This document shows positions 12,801-24,988 of a stretch of 64,000 bases of DNA, in pieces (the first letter of the stretch is position 1; each line of letters starts with the position of its first letter). The notes under the pieces were generated by a model, which saw only the letters and a list, made by a program, of their open reading frames with translations, did not search any database and had not been told where the DNA came from. This DNA is from Parasitella parasitica NRRL 2501 (lineage: Eukaryota > Fungi > Mucoromycota), in assembly GCA_025201805.1 (NCBI GenBank), contig MU619313.1:34848-98847 (forward strand). The letters run 5' to 3'. The position numbers were made by a program, and so were the translations under genes.

Positions 12801-14320
12801 ACCTGGCCTGAAGATGACTGCATAAATGAACGAGTAAAAGCAGCCATCCACGATATGTGTACACCTTTCAAGCAGGCACTGAATAGAAAAGTTAACTTGA
12901 GCGAACTTGCAAAAGATCCAGCCGTGTTTGCTCGATTTTTATTATTTCTCAATGCCGGATTGGAGCGCGAAATCGAAGAACATAATCCTTACGATGTGAG
13001 GCGACTTCCACTGCCAAAGCTCATTTCGGTGTTGCCAAAGGCATCAACACATTGGAGATCACTCACAATAAGTGTGAACGCCTTGTCATGTTTTACAAAA
13101 ACACCACTGCCACGGGGATTCCAAAGACAGCTGATGTTGTTTTATGATGTTTTCAATTTTGGGAAACTGCGATACAGAGAGTGAGTATAGAGATTGTATC
13201 AAATCAGGCTTATGTATTTCTTTGTAGCATTGCTGAATTAACACCAGATGGAAACAACCAGATCATTTTTGGAAACTTGATACGGACTGATGGTTTTGTT
13301 GTGGATTTTTTATTCTACAAAAGAAATCAAACCAATTACGGTTCTTCTTTAAAAAACTTTACCAGAAGTAGCAGAAAAATATCACCCCATTTTTGTTGAC
13401 CAAAGTCAGCATATACTGCCCGTGAGTGGGTTAAACGCGGTAAGCCACCCAATAATCCGCTGCAGTGCTAAAGAGTACTATCATCTTACTGGCTCGACTG
13501 TTATTTCTGCCCAGCAGCAATCTTTGAAAAGTCAAAACGGAATAGAGGGTATTGAATCAAGCATCCCCACAGCCAAGACATCAAACCCAGAGCGTTTTTT
13601 AGACTATGTGCAATATCTGCTTAACAACATAAATACTTTATTCAACTTTTACAATTCCAGTACTGCAAAAAAACGCTTCCAACTTTATCAAGGGAGGCAA
13701 AAAGCGCAAGAAACTATGGTCAATATGCTTATAAACAGCGACACCAAATCAAAGTAGGAGAAAAAGGAAGAGGCAGAAAAAGAAGAAACAAACGAAGAGA
13801 AGAAGAGACCAAATAAGAAGGATGCTATCAAGCACAAATATTTACTTGAGTATATTCTAACTTTTTTTAATAATATTTGTATTTTGGAAAAAAACTAAAC
13901 AAATGGAGGCCTGTCAAATACAAAGAAGACAAGACGAAGGTTTTTCTGGTAGTGTTTGGAGATAGAATGTTCAACAAAGACACCAACAAGATCAGGACGC
14001 TCAGAAGTGGGGTGACGGGTATTTTACGGCGCACGCTGAAAAAGCGAGAAGCGGCTGGACAACTCATCACAATCACAATTGACGAGTTCCGAACATCCAA
14101 AGCATGCAGTAAATGCCAAACTCTAACCTTGACGCCAGCCTCGACTGATACTAGAATGAGTGTGCTTGCTTGTTCTTCTTGTCGTACTCTTTGGCAAAGA
14201 GACATTAATGCATCCCGAAACATGATGACAATCTCTATCGGCATTTGGCAGGGACGAGAAAGACCAACACCTTTTCGACGCACCACCACCACCACCCCAC
14301 CGCCGCCGTCATCACTGTAA
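9807..14320 (+). pseudogene. Fanzor1 (eukaryotic TnpB-family RuvC nuclease), intron-containing, disrupted
   Basis: Motifs: IRTDGFVVDFLF, YHPIFVD (RuvC-I Asp 13398-13400), CSAKEYYHLTG, VVFGD, IDEFRTSKACSKC (Glu 14084-14086), CSSC and WQRDINASRNM (Asp 14201-14203). GT-AG introns at 9886-9937, 10748-10798 and 13181-13227. Lesions: TAA 9991, TAG 10373, L1 insertion, and frameshifts near 12781, 13360, 13401-13421 and 13745. Confidence 0.9.
10825..12749 (-). mobile_element. 5'-truncated L1/Tx1-like non-LTR retrotransposon (RT C-terminus plus zf-RVT), degenerate
   Basis: Minus-strand ORF pieces contain KILSYADDL, VRYLGYPL, NSLLLPKVYHLL, LPRKFGGVGL and CTLC...EDLLHFVVGC. Poly(A) tail is T18 at 10825-10842. 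TAATTGA direct repeat at 10818-10824 and 12750-12756. In-frame stop at 12309-12311 and a frameshift near 11526. Confidence 0.93.
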
Positions 14321-14328
14321 TAAAAACA

Positions 14329-14540
14329 GCTTACCTAGTGTATTTAGATGACAACGTTCACTCAACTTTTGTTGTTTGGATGCTTTATAGGTAAGCGTCT
14401 AAACATACATTTCTATTCGTCTGAAAAACTAAATATGCTTCGTCTAAAAAAGGTAAGCTAAACGTCTGGAAATTAATTTTCATTCGTCCAGAAAAAAACT
14501 AACATCGTCTGAATTTAAAGTAGAAATACTGTGCTGTACC
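14329..14540 (+). ncRNA. Candidate Fanzor omegaRNA (scaffold plus flank-derived guide); boundaries uncertain
   Basis: GCTTACCTA (14329-14337) pairs with TAGGTAAGC (14388-14396), and the stem extends inward through four G:U pairs. A second hairpin TCTGGA/TCCAGA lies in the TIR. The position between the nuclease stop codon and the element end matches known TnpB/Fanzor loci. Confidence 0.55.
14454..14520 (-). repeat. Right terminal inverted repeat
   Basis: Reverse complement of 9196-9262, followed directly by TA. Confidence 0.95.
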
Positions 14541-14797
14541 GTAGTCCAGAGCAAAGACAACATGAACCGGCCCGCTTTTATTGTTTGATGTCTGGCTTAC
14601 TCAAACCTTGTAAAGAAAAAATAAATAATTAAAAAAGCGTTTTATAGCATCTCTTCAATATTTCTTTGTTTCTTTCTCTTTTTCTCCTTTCCAATATTAT
14701 TTTTCTTCTTAAACCTTGTGATAGGGGTATCATCTAATAACATTCGTAGGCATTCTATAAATTCCATTTGTTTATTTGTCATATACCTTACACAAAG

Positions 14798-16284
14798 ATG
14801 GAGAATTTATTGGCTTTCCAATCTCAATCTGTCCTTCGACATGATGAAGGCATGGATCTTGAAGAATTCTTCAAAGACAATCTTGAACCACTTATGAAGA
14901 AATTCAAGTATAGATTATCACAGTTCGAAAATACAGTTGTCAGCAGTGAATCAATTCAAAACTATACACTTTCAAAAGTCAACAAAGCTTATCTTTTATT
15001 GGAAAGTCTCGGCCAAGAATGGGAAGAACGTCGGCAGAGAGCTTTGGAAGCAAGAAGACAAATACTGCAAGAATTATATGTTAAAAAATTGGATGATAAA
15101 ACAAGATATTACCATTTCATGACACCTCCAGATCTTATGAGCGTCATGCTGGAATTATCCAAAAAATATCATGAGCTTGAAATGGACAGTAATGGCGAAA
15201 TGCTTGATAATACAATTGACGCTTTTATGCTTAAAATGGAAGAACTAGACGGCAAAATTTCAGATGCTCTTGGTCGTGCTGATAAAATGCTTGAAAGATT
15301 CGAAGAAAAGTTAATGGTTGTTGCAGGCGTTGCAAACGAACACATCGATAAACTGAAATACGCAATGTCATTCGGCTCAAATCGCTTGCTAATGTACGAC
15401 GAACTGCCTGGACCTTGGCAAAGCAATGAGGTATGAAAATAGCAATGTAATACCAAATTAAACCTTATGTCCATAGTATACCTAAACGGTTTTATTAGTA
15501 TATCCGAACAGGATACCGCTTTTTGGATTCAGCAGCTGATTGCTGGTATTCTCTTTTCTATGTCCATAACGAAACTGGCAATATCTGGACTCATCTTTTG
15601 GGGTTTATCGCTTTATTCAGTGTTGGAGTGTATGAGCTATTCTTTTCAGAATTAATGACAAGCATTCCTGTCAAAGATCGCTTGATTTTTTTGGTATTTT
15701 TCTTGGCTGCTTGTAAATGCTTGATGTGTTCGACTGTTTGGCATACATTATCTGGAATCAATAATCTCAAGGTGTATCGTCAAGTCGCATGTCTAGACTA
15801 TGTTGGTATCTCTGTGCTTATCTGTGCAAGCATAATGCTCTGTGAATACTATGGTTTCTACTGCACTGATACTGTGCGTAATACATACATTACTGCCACT
15901 ACTACATTGGCTGTTATTGGCGTTAGTATGCCATTTCAAGCTTGGTTTGACAAACACGAACGCAGATGGCTTCGCATTGCCTTCTTTATTGCATTAGCCT
16001 CCTCAGGAGCCATTGTCATAGGACACCTTACTGTCATGCGTGGTGTAATTGAAACATTTAGTTGGTTAGCACCTGTTTTTAAATCAATTGCTTGCTATCT
16101 TGCAGGTGTTGTTATTTATGGCAATCAATTCCCTGAGAGATTCTGGCCTGGCAAATTTGATCATTTTGGGCATTCGCATCAATTCTGGCATTTATTTGTA
16201 TGTGGTGGTATATGGTTCCATTACCAAGCAGCACTCCAATTTGCATCAAGCCGTGAAAGCTTTGGCCAATGCCAATTAATTTAA
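14798..16284 (+). CDS. PAQR/hemolysin-III family 7TM protein (Izh3-like) with N-terminal coiled coil
   Basis: ELPGPWQSNE|YIRTGYRF across an intron at 15431-15498, then HNETGNIWTH, STVWH, CLDYVGI and FPERFWPGKFDHFGHSHQFWH. Confidence 0.92.
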
Positions 16285-16357
16285 TTATTTATTAGTACTA
16301 TGTAATGATATCCTCGCTTTATACAGAAAAATAAACTCGCATTCTATATATTTTGCC

Positions 16358-17556
16358 TTAAATCAAAGATATCCTTGTGCGAACAAGACCACCTCTAAAG
16401 TTTTTCATGGGCTGAGGCACTTGTTGCAGTCTTCTGAATGCTTCATGGATATGTTCAGCTAATAACGGTGTTTGTTCTGTACTTGGTAATGAAAACAAAC
16501 CGTTAGAAAACGAATCCGGTGATCCAGGTGTTTCATTTTCAATACTGGAATGTGCTTCATCTTGCTGAGGTGTGGATACTGTACCATCGGCTGACGTTGT
16601 GATAATAGCTGCTGCTGGTGGTTTAGGTGTTGTTGTGGTCTCCATGCTAGTAGCACTCTCTTCTTCTTCTCTTTTTCTTTTCAACTGTGAGCTACCTAGC
16701 GAAACTGGTTCATCCTCTTTTTTACCAGTTGTTTCCATTAAATCACGTTTAATACTGATGGCTGTCATGGTTAATTTGGAGACCATCTCATATGTCAAAA
16801 AGCCCAAACTATCAACTATATCGTCGTTTGGTTTGACTTCAACAAAGGAGCTCATATTTGCCCATTCTCGAAACCGTTTGCCTTTTCGGTACGTAAATGA
16901 CGCTTGTCTGCACTCGGAATAATGCACGTATTCCTCTCGTGTCATAGCTCTCGTAATGTCATCTGCATCCTTCAACCGTTGTATAGAATCGTTGTAGGCT
17001 TCTAATTCATCCTCATCCTCTGATTCATCGTCTCCATTCATTGATTTTGTAATCACATCAGAGAACTGGTTTACTAGTTCCCATGGCAATTTAATGATAC
17101 TACGATGGATTTTTCCTGTATTGGTTTCTTCTACAACGTCCTCTACTTGATCACTAGATGCGTCTTTAGCGTTTTTGCGTACATCCTTCCAACTAAGGAA
17201 TGATCTCAATCTGTTCACTTTGGCGCGATCATGTCGCATCAAAAATATCAAGTCTTCAGCGTTTAAGTATCTTGAATTTCTTCTATTCGCTTGCGCTGCT
17301 GCTTGGATGATCTATTTTCTGGTTAACATACGTTTAATTAAGCAATAATTTGAGCTTACAATTTCTATCACTTGAGATCGCACAATGTCTTCAACCAACA
17401 GAGTTGCTTCTTGAAGTGGGTCGGCTACTTCTCCAAATACAAACATCATTTGCTGTATTTCGCTTTGAAAACGATATTTAGACTAAACAATAAGTTGGAG
17501 TGCCTAAATTAGCCTTTATTTTATATCCTCGCACTTACTTTTTTTGCTTCAGCCAT
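16358..17556 (-). CDS. SPT3: SAGA subunit Spt3 (multi-exon)
   Basis: YRFQSEIQQMMFVFGE, EDLIFLMRHDRAKVNRLRSFLSWKDVRK, YVHYSECRQASFTYRKGKRFREW and HIHEAFRRLQ. Confidence 0.96.
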
Positions 17557-18199
17557 TTATTTTAGGTGATAAATGATATGATAATTACGATGAGTCTTTG
17601 TTCAAGAAGAAAAAAAAGCCGAGCCCAGTTCTGGGTAGCACCTAGTATAAACTGAGTTTGATGGTGAAAACCATCATAAGATTAAATGTTTAATTACAAT
17701 TTTGAAGATGCTGATTTTTTACTATTTACATAATGTAAGTATCTCTACTAGTGAACAGCTAATCAAGCTGTTAAATTCAACCATTGCTGATATCCTATGA
17801 GCCCTTCGTGAAAAAATTGATGTTTTTAAAATCCAAAATGCATTTTGTACCTGTAGGAAAATTTCATAGTATAAGGAAGGCTATACATGCTCATATAGAT
17901 GTGCTAATAAAAAGCCGGGAAGCAAGGTACAAAAAGTGCCCTTAAATCAAAAACTTGGAGAAATATAAAGCTATTATGCAGGAAAAGGCCAGTTCTAAAA
18001 AAATTGCCACACAAAATCGTAAAATGACATACACGTGTCGCGCTTAATATACTCTATGAATGATGTTCAAACCCACGGTTTTAAATAGTAGTTGATCAGG
18101 TTTATTCATAATGTATTTGTATATACAATCCAAGAATTAAAAACAGTTGAAATTGATTTTCGAGATTAAAATGTTGCTTTAAGCTGATCCACTGTTTGT

Positions 18200-20275
18200 T
18201 CATGTAGAGATAGATGCGGAGGCTGCGGTAGTATTAGATATGGCAGGATTAGGCGCGGGCATCGTTGCAGTCGGTACAGATGGTAGTGATGGTGATGGTG
18301 GCTTCAATTTTGATTCAATTTTGTCCACAATAGCAGCAGCAGAAACTTCACCGAATTCAGTTTCAATGGTAGGATACAAATCTAATGGCGAGTTCTTGTT
18401 CTTTAATTTATCGTTTTTTCTTTGCAAGGTTTGCTGAACAACTTTCCAAGCACCACGAGTTAAGAAGTTGGCCTTTGATTCAATTTCCTCAACAAGTTCT
18501 TGATTGTCATCTTGATCTAAAAAGTCCCACAAACTCTTCATGTATGCCTCGCCACGATCGTCGCCATATAACGGATAAATATAAGATGCATCAAGTGCTG
18601 TGTAAAATGCACCCGGCGGTTGGCCCCCTAACGTAGTAAATGGCCCGTAATCACAGAAATGAGCCGCATGAACCAAGTGCTTATTGTGAAAGAAGTCATC
18701 TGTAGAATGGCGGTTTAAATAGAAGGCAGAAGGCAAGGCAGCAGGGTTTGCAATTGTTAACTGAGGCGGTTCAGCAAATGTATGTTCTTTTGGTAACAAT
18801 GTATCCAAATCCGACACTAAAAAAGCCATACAAAGTCAACAATCCGTTGCCAGTTTTTTTTTCAGTTTTCAATTTTCAAGTTACCTCCTCCAACTATGTG
18901 TAATGATCCGTCAGGGCCATATATAACACCAGTATCAGCAACCTTCTTCTTCTTTTTCTTATAGGGGGAACTTAGCGAACGTATAGGTGTTATAGCACGA
19001 GAACTAGCAATGTCCACGCTTGTTTCCCGTGTATTTATTTCGGACCCTTGTCTACTATGTTTCCTCAAAGTTGGTATACTAGTGTCAATACCCATAATAT
19101 CCACATCTTCCTCCTTAATCCCAAATGATTCTTTGCGCCCTGAAAATGAAATCGACATTTTCCTGCCTGGCAAATGATTGTCTTCAGGCGCTGGAAGCCC
19201 AGAAGCCGCATTAGCTTTAGCAATTGCAGCAGCTTCTGCAGCAGCAGCAGCTTGATGTAGTTTTTCTTCCTCAATTTGCTTTTCGGCACGATCAATCAGC
19301 TTGATACCAAAGTCGTGTATTTTATCTGCACTCTTCCAATAGATAGTTTCACGAGAATTGTAAATTTTCGCATTAGAGATGATCAACTCGAAATCACGGC
19401 GAAAATCATCGCCACTGTCATATTTTCCTTCTTCCACATTTTTGCGCATTGTCGAAAAGTCCATAGGCTCTTTAATGATCTTCAGATAGTCAGGAACTAG
19501 TTTTGGGTCAACAGGCTCCAAGAAGAAACCATATGCATCTCGCCTTTAAAATTTGTTAATTGACATGACCATGGTTGAAATCGCATACTTACTTTTGTAT
19601 ATTATCCAACAGCTTTACAAGGATGGATTTGGTGTCTTTTTTGGGTACCTCAGGAATTTTGGGAGGAAGAGCAGCAATAATGGCAGCTGCCTTTGCTTTA
19701 TTGGTAGGACGGCCTCGTTTTTTGGGCTTTTCGCCATTTGCAACAACAGCAACAGCAGCAGCGCTAGCATTTGACTTCATTGACGAAGAACGTCTACCTT
19801 TTTTGAGGGACGTAGCTGCCGTGGTTGTGGATATAGCGGCAGATGCTGACCCTACTGGAGTATGAGAAGTCTCATAGTGGTCGTGATCAGTGTTGTCTAA
19901 TCTTTGTTTCTTTACATCTGTTGGATGAAAGCTATCCAACTCGGAATCTTCTTCGCGATAATGATTTTGACCGTTCTGCTGAGGCTGCTCTTGTTGTAAA
20001 GATGCGAATGGTCTTTTACCGCCAACATGGACGTGGTTGTGTTGCTGCTCGGCATATTCCTCAGCTTCAGATTCATCTTCGTCTACGTGTTTTGCTCGTT
20101 TATGTTTCTTTTTATGCTTCTTTTTATGCTTTTTTTTCTTTTTATCTTCTGCTGTTATTGTAGGAGGCAGAGGATTCAACTTTAGCTTTAATTTGATAGT
20201 AGGCGTGGCTTTAGGCGAAGACTTATCATCGTCTTCAGAATAGTGGTGTGGTGAAAGTTCTGGAGAATATGACAT
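18200..20275 (-). CDS. Bromodomain protein, BRD7/BRD9-like (multi-exon)
   Basis: IKLKLKL and KKHKKKH N-terminus, AT-hook KKRGRP, bromodomain DAYGFFLEPVDPKLVPDYLKIIKEPMDFSTM...NAKIYN, and C-terminal DYGPF...YGDDRGEAYMKSLWDF. Start codon uncertain. Confidence 0.82.
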
Positions 20276-20741
20276 TTTCGGCAACTTTTTAATTTCTTTT
20301 CTCGCTCCCTCACGCCCTAAAATTCACTAGAGAAATCCGAATGATAGCAAGATACGAAAAAGTTCTTTTTTCAACCTGCACAAAGGAAAGCAGGCAGACA
20401 TTATATGATGTCACCCAAGCGGTTGCTCATGATTATGAAAAGCGAATGATTGGTTAAATTGGTCTTGGGGCCAGAATGAGTATCAGATCAATGAGATTGT
20501 TTGTGTAGCAGTGTAGAGTAAGAGAAACAGTAAAAATACTTTGAGATAGATCATGCTTTGATATAAAAAAAAGGAGAGTTATTGTGTTAAAAGCATATCT
20601 GAATGAACCCAAATTGATTCCTTAATGTCGGACTACACTGGAAATCTGGCCAGCAGATCTTATTTTCTTTTGTGTGAGATTTGAATGTGTGTGTGTGTGC
20701 GCATTTTTCTTTTCCTAATTCTATCAAAAAATCATATTGCC

Positions 20742-23293
20742 ATGGCAACCAAACGTAAAGGGAAAACGATTCCTTGCGAAGGTAATCCCTTGCCAACTTC
20801 TGATGTCTTGTTTTTTGTAATGCCAAACAAACTTCCATTGTAGGTTGCCGAGAAAGAAAAAAGAAATGTACCGCAGGACAACCTTGTCAAAGGTGAGAAC
20901 TATGCCATAAATGCAGTATTTTTTCCCTTTCTTTCTTTTTTTAAACAAGTTGTATTAGATGCGAAAGATTAGGTATTCAATGCTATTACCTCAAACCAGC
21001 TATTCCTAGAGTGGAATGTATCGAGTTTGTAAATAACCAAGAGCTTGAGATGCATGTTGAAGTCTTGGAGGATATCTTGAAAAGTATGGAAAGAGAATTA
21101 TATCTTTTAAAATCACCATTTCGAGTCAAACAAATAACAAGTAGCAGCAGAAGCAATTCTGACGTTGACAGCTCATTTTCTGATCAAGGTTTCGATTCAA
21201 ATTACAATCGCTTTAAAAACAACAAGAACAATACGGCTTTCACTAGCAGCGCTTTAATAGGAAATACATCCAGCTGGCAATTAAAACTTAGAAAAGACGG
21301 CAGCATCACAATCGATACTGATATCTCAAGTTACGCAAATCTATTGAAACATATTGAGGCACTGGGTAATCCTATAGATGCAATTCCAATCACCAAGCAG
21401 CCTACGCTGGCATCTTTATCTGCAGGTGGTGGCTATCTTCGCCGAAAGGTTTTGTTTACTGTTGTTCGAAAAGGGAATTTTAGAGCTATTTTGGGGTCCA
21501 TTCAAAACGAGAAAAGAAAGCAAATCATTTCGGCATCTACAATGACTCCACCACAAACGCTGATGCTGGAGTTTGGTGACAAAGACAGCACACCAAGTGT
21601 AGTGTACGAGAAGAAGAACTTGGCTCTGCAATTGGTCAACACGTACTTTTCTTGCCGATTTTTGCATAGAGTTGTCTTCCACCAAAAGACATTTTATGAA
21701 ATGTTTATTGACGGCAGAACTGATTTGGAAGCCTCACCAGCTGCATGTGCCCTTTCTGCTGCAGTGTTAACAATGCACTGTAAACATGTCATGGCTTTTG
21801 TGCCTTACGATCAACAATTGGCATTGGGAGAATACTACTTTGATAAAGCTCGCTATGCTGTGTCTCTTCAATTCGATGAACCTTCCATGGAGACAATGAT
21901 TACTTATCTATTCATGGCGCTCTACAAATCAAACCTACTGCGGCCTCAAGATGCCAACATGTATCTGGAGGTAGCAATTCGCATACGGCAAATTCTAGTC
22001 GAAACTGTGTATAAAAACCCTTCTCCATCACTCATACAATCTACTACAAATAATTATAATAACAATAGCGCGACGACAAAACCTGACTCAAATAGAGACT
22101 CGCCTGCTAATACATCGCCAAAAAGACCAAGCAGATCAAAAGCAATGTCCCGATATCGAAGAGAGTACGAAACTTTCAAGCGACTTCATGCTGGATTCCA
22201 AGACTGTGTGCAGTTTATCCAGTTTGTGAATAACCAAAGAGGTGTACCTGTAAAGAGCGCAGACCTATCCAAAAACAAGCCTTCTATGCTAAACCAGGAA
22301 AATACTTCATTTAAAAGGCTGTTTCAATCCATCTGTGTAGAAACTTACGACCCAACACCTATGCCTGACGAATCCAGACAAACTGTGCGAGCAATTATGA
22401 AAGAGCATTATGTGGGACAAATTGCTAGAGTAGTCGGCCCATACTTTAGACGCGTGCGTTGGCAGGAAAGCGATATGGTTCCTCTGTCTTTTTTGATGAA
22501 AACTGAAGAGGATTTGAATGAAACTTATCATAAAAAGATACCACTAGATTTTAGATTAGACGCCTCGATTTTTGAAGATGGCATTAGCGACACAGAGTTC
22601 AAGAAAAGACTGTTAGATGACGGGAGATGCGATATTGTCTCTGTTACCATTGCAACTCGTTTTTACCAGTCCTTAATAGCACTGCATGAACCGTTTTTAC
22701 CAACAATTCGTCAATCTCGGAGAGGACCAAACAGCCTACTCACGCTTTTACAGCCAGATAATGTGGAAGATTATGAGCTTAAACAACAAAAGAAGCACAA
22801 GAGAAGAACTGATAGAGATCCACTAGGAACGACAGCTTGCTCATCCGAGGAAGAGGGAGAGGAGACGGAGGAAGATGATAACTCTACTGTGCTCTCGGTG
22901 CACGCTCTGAGGGCTCAATATGTCTGCTATAAATGCGCCATCATCGTTGTCCGTCTCTCGGAATTCCAATGCACTGTTTTGCAAGCTTGCACTATATCAA
23001 CACCCTCACTCTTTTGTGCCTGGGATATATTGCTGCGAAATTCTTGCTTAGGCATGAATGAAGACGACCTGGCTGTCTCTGGTGTTAACAACTACTTGAG
23101 CGCTAAAGACATTGAGTTAGCTAGAGAATACGCTGTTCGATGCATTGAGGTACTTCGAAAAGGATATCTGTTTAATGGAGCAGAACGTGAAGTGTTTGAC
23201 CATTACGAGAAAATCGAAAGCCAGTTGTTAACTGCATTATGTAAATCTGCTTCACCAACAGCGAAATATTGGGAGCCTGTCTCAAATTGGTGA
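20742..23293 (+). CDS. Zn(II)2Cys6 fungal transcription factor
   Basis: Two short introns split PCEG|CRERKKKCTAGQPCQR|CERLGIQC, which joins the 760-aa ORF containing a fungal TF middle-homology-like region. Confidence 0.9.
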
Positions 23294-23390
23294 TGGCTAC
23301 TGTGTGTACGTATATATAAAAACCAGAAAACTTGCATTGTAAATATTTAATACCACTAAATAATAAAGTCTACTGTGAAAAAATGGCGCA

Positions 23391-24294
<904 letters not shown>

Positions 24295-24415
24295 TTTTAT
24301 TGTTACAGACAAAGAAATTGATTTTATTTGGATTTACATTACTTATATATATATATACTCTATTATTGACAAATTTCCTCGGAAAAACCGCTTGTATCCC
24401 TGTTTGTTTGCTAAC

Positions 24416-24988
24416 TCAAGATGAATAACGGAGACTGCGTCGATTCGAATACTCTGTCCATGGAGGCGTAGGTCCTCTCCACATAGTTGCATTTAAATAA
24501 GTCTGCAGCGGGGTCATGCTTCGGCCCATTGTGCTGGTACTACAAATACTGAGGGTTCTTTCTGATGGTTTTTCAGACGCCCCATTATGGAACGGTGATA
24601 ATGAAAACAGCCTCAGTCCTTGCTGTGGGGGTCCCTCCTCACTATCATTTGACTTTTCGTGAACGATTTTGTTTGATGTTGCCAACGTCTTCTTGGTTTT
24701 TACAGCAAGTGGACGAGGCGGGGACAGTGCGGTTTGAACAGCCGAAGCGTACTCTTGCTGCTGCTGATTTATTAACAGGTTGGCATCCGGCTTTGCGTCT
24801 ATGTTTTTGATCGAGTTACTTGGTGTTGTCGATTCCTCTATTATGGTTTCAAGGGATTGCTCTTGATCGTATGTGTCGATATTTAATGCTTTGCGTCTAT
24901 TGCTCAAGTAGCGATATATCGTTGTTGAGCCAAGCACAATGAAAAAAGCTATTCCAACTCCAATCAAAGTCCACTTCCACGCTTCCAT
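24416..24988 (-). CDS. Hypothetical single-pass membrane protein
   Basis: 190-aa ORF with an N-terminal TM helix (WTLIGVGIAFFIVLG), then basic NRRK and a disordered tail. Confidence 0.7.
   Translation of the reverse strand: MEAWKWTLIGVGIAFFIVLGSTTIYRYLSNRRKALNIDTYDQEQSLETIIEESTTPSNSIKNIDAKPDANLLINQQQQEYASAVQTALSPPRPLAVKTKKTLATSNKIVHEKSNDSEEGPPQQGLRLFSLSPFHNGASEKPSERTLSICSTSTMGRSMTPLQTYLNATMWRGPTPPWTEYSNRRSLRYSS

Larger units (their letters stand above)
9196..14520 (+). mobile_element. TA-flanked, TIR-bounded non-autonomous DNA transposon (Tc1/mariner-IS630-like ends) carrying a Fanzor1 gene
   Basis: 67-bp TIRs at 9196-9262 and 14454-14520 (64/67 identical) with TA on both sides (9194-9195, 14521-14522). 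Interior encodes TnpB/Fanzor motifs. No DDE transposase ORF is visible. Length is about 3.4 kb once the nested retroelement is removed. Confidence 0.92.

Noticed and set aside
14396-14510. Regularly spaced motif as a CRISPR-like array
   Set aside because: The repeat is only 5 bp with about 17-bp spacing and lies within the TIR duplication. There are no cas genes and the context is eukaryotic.
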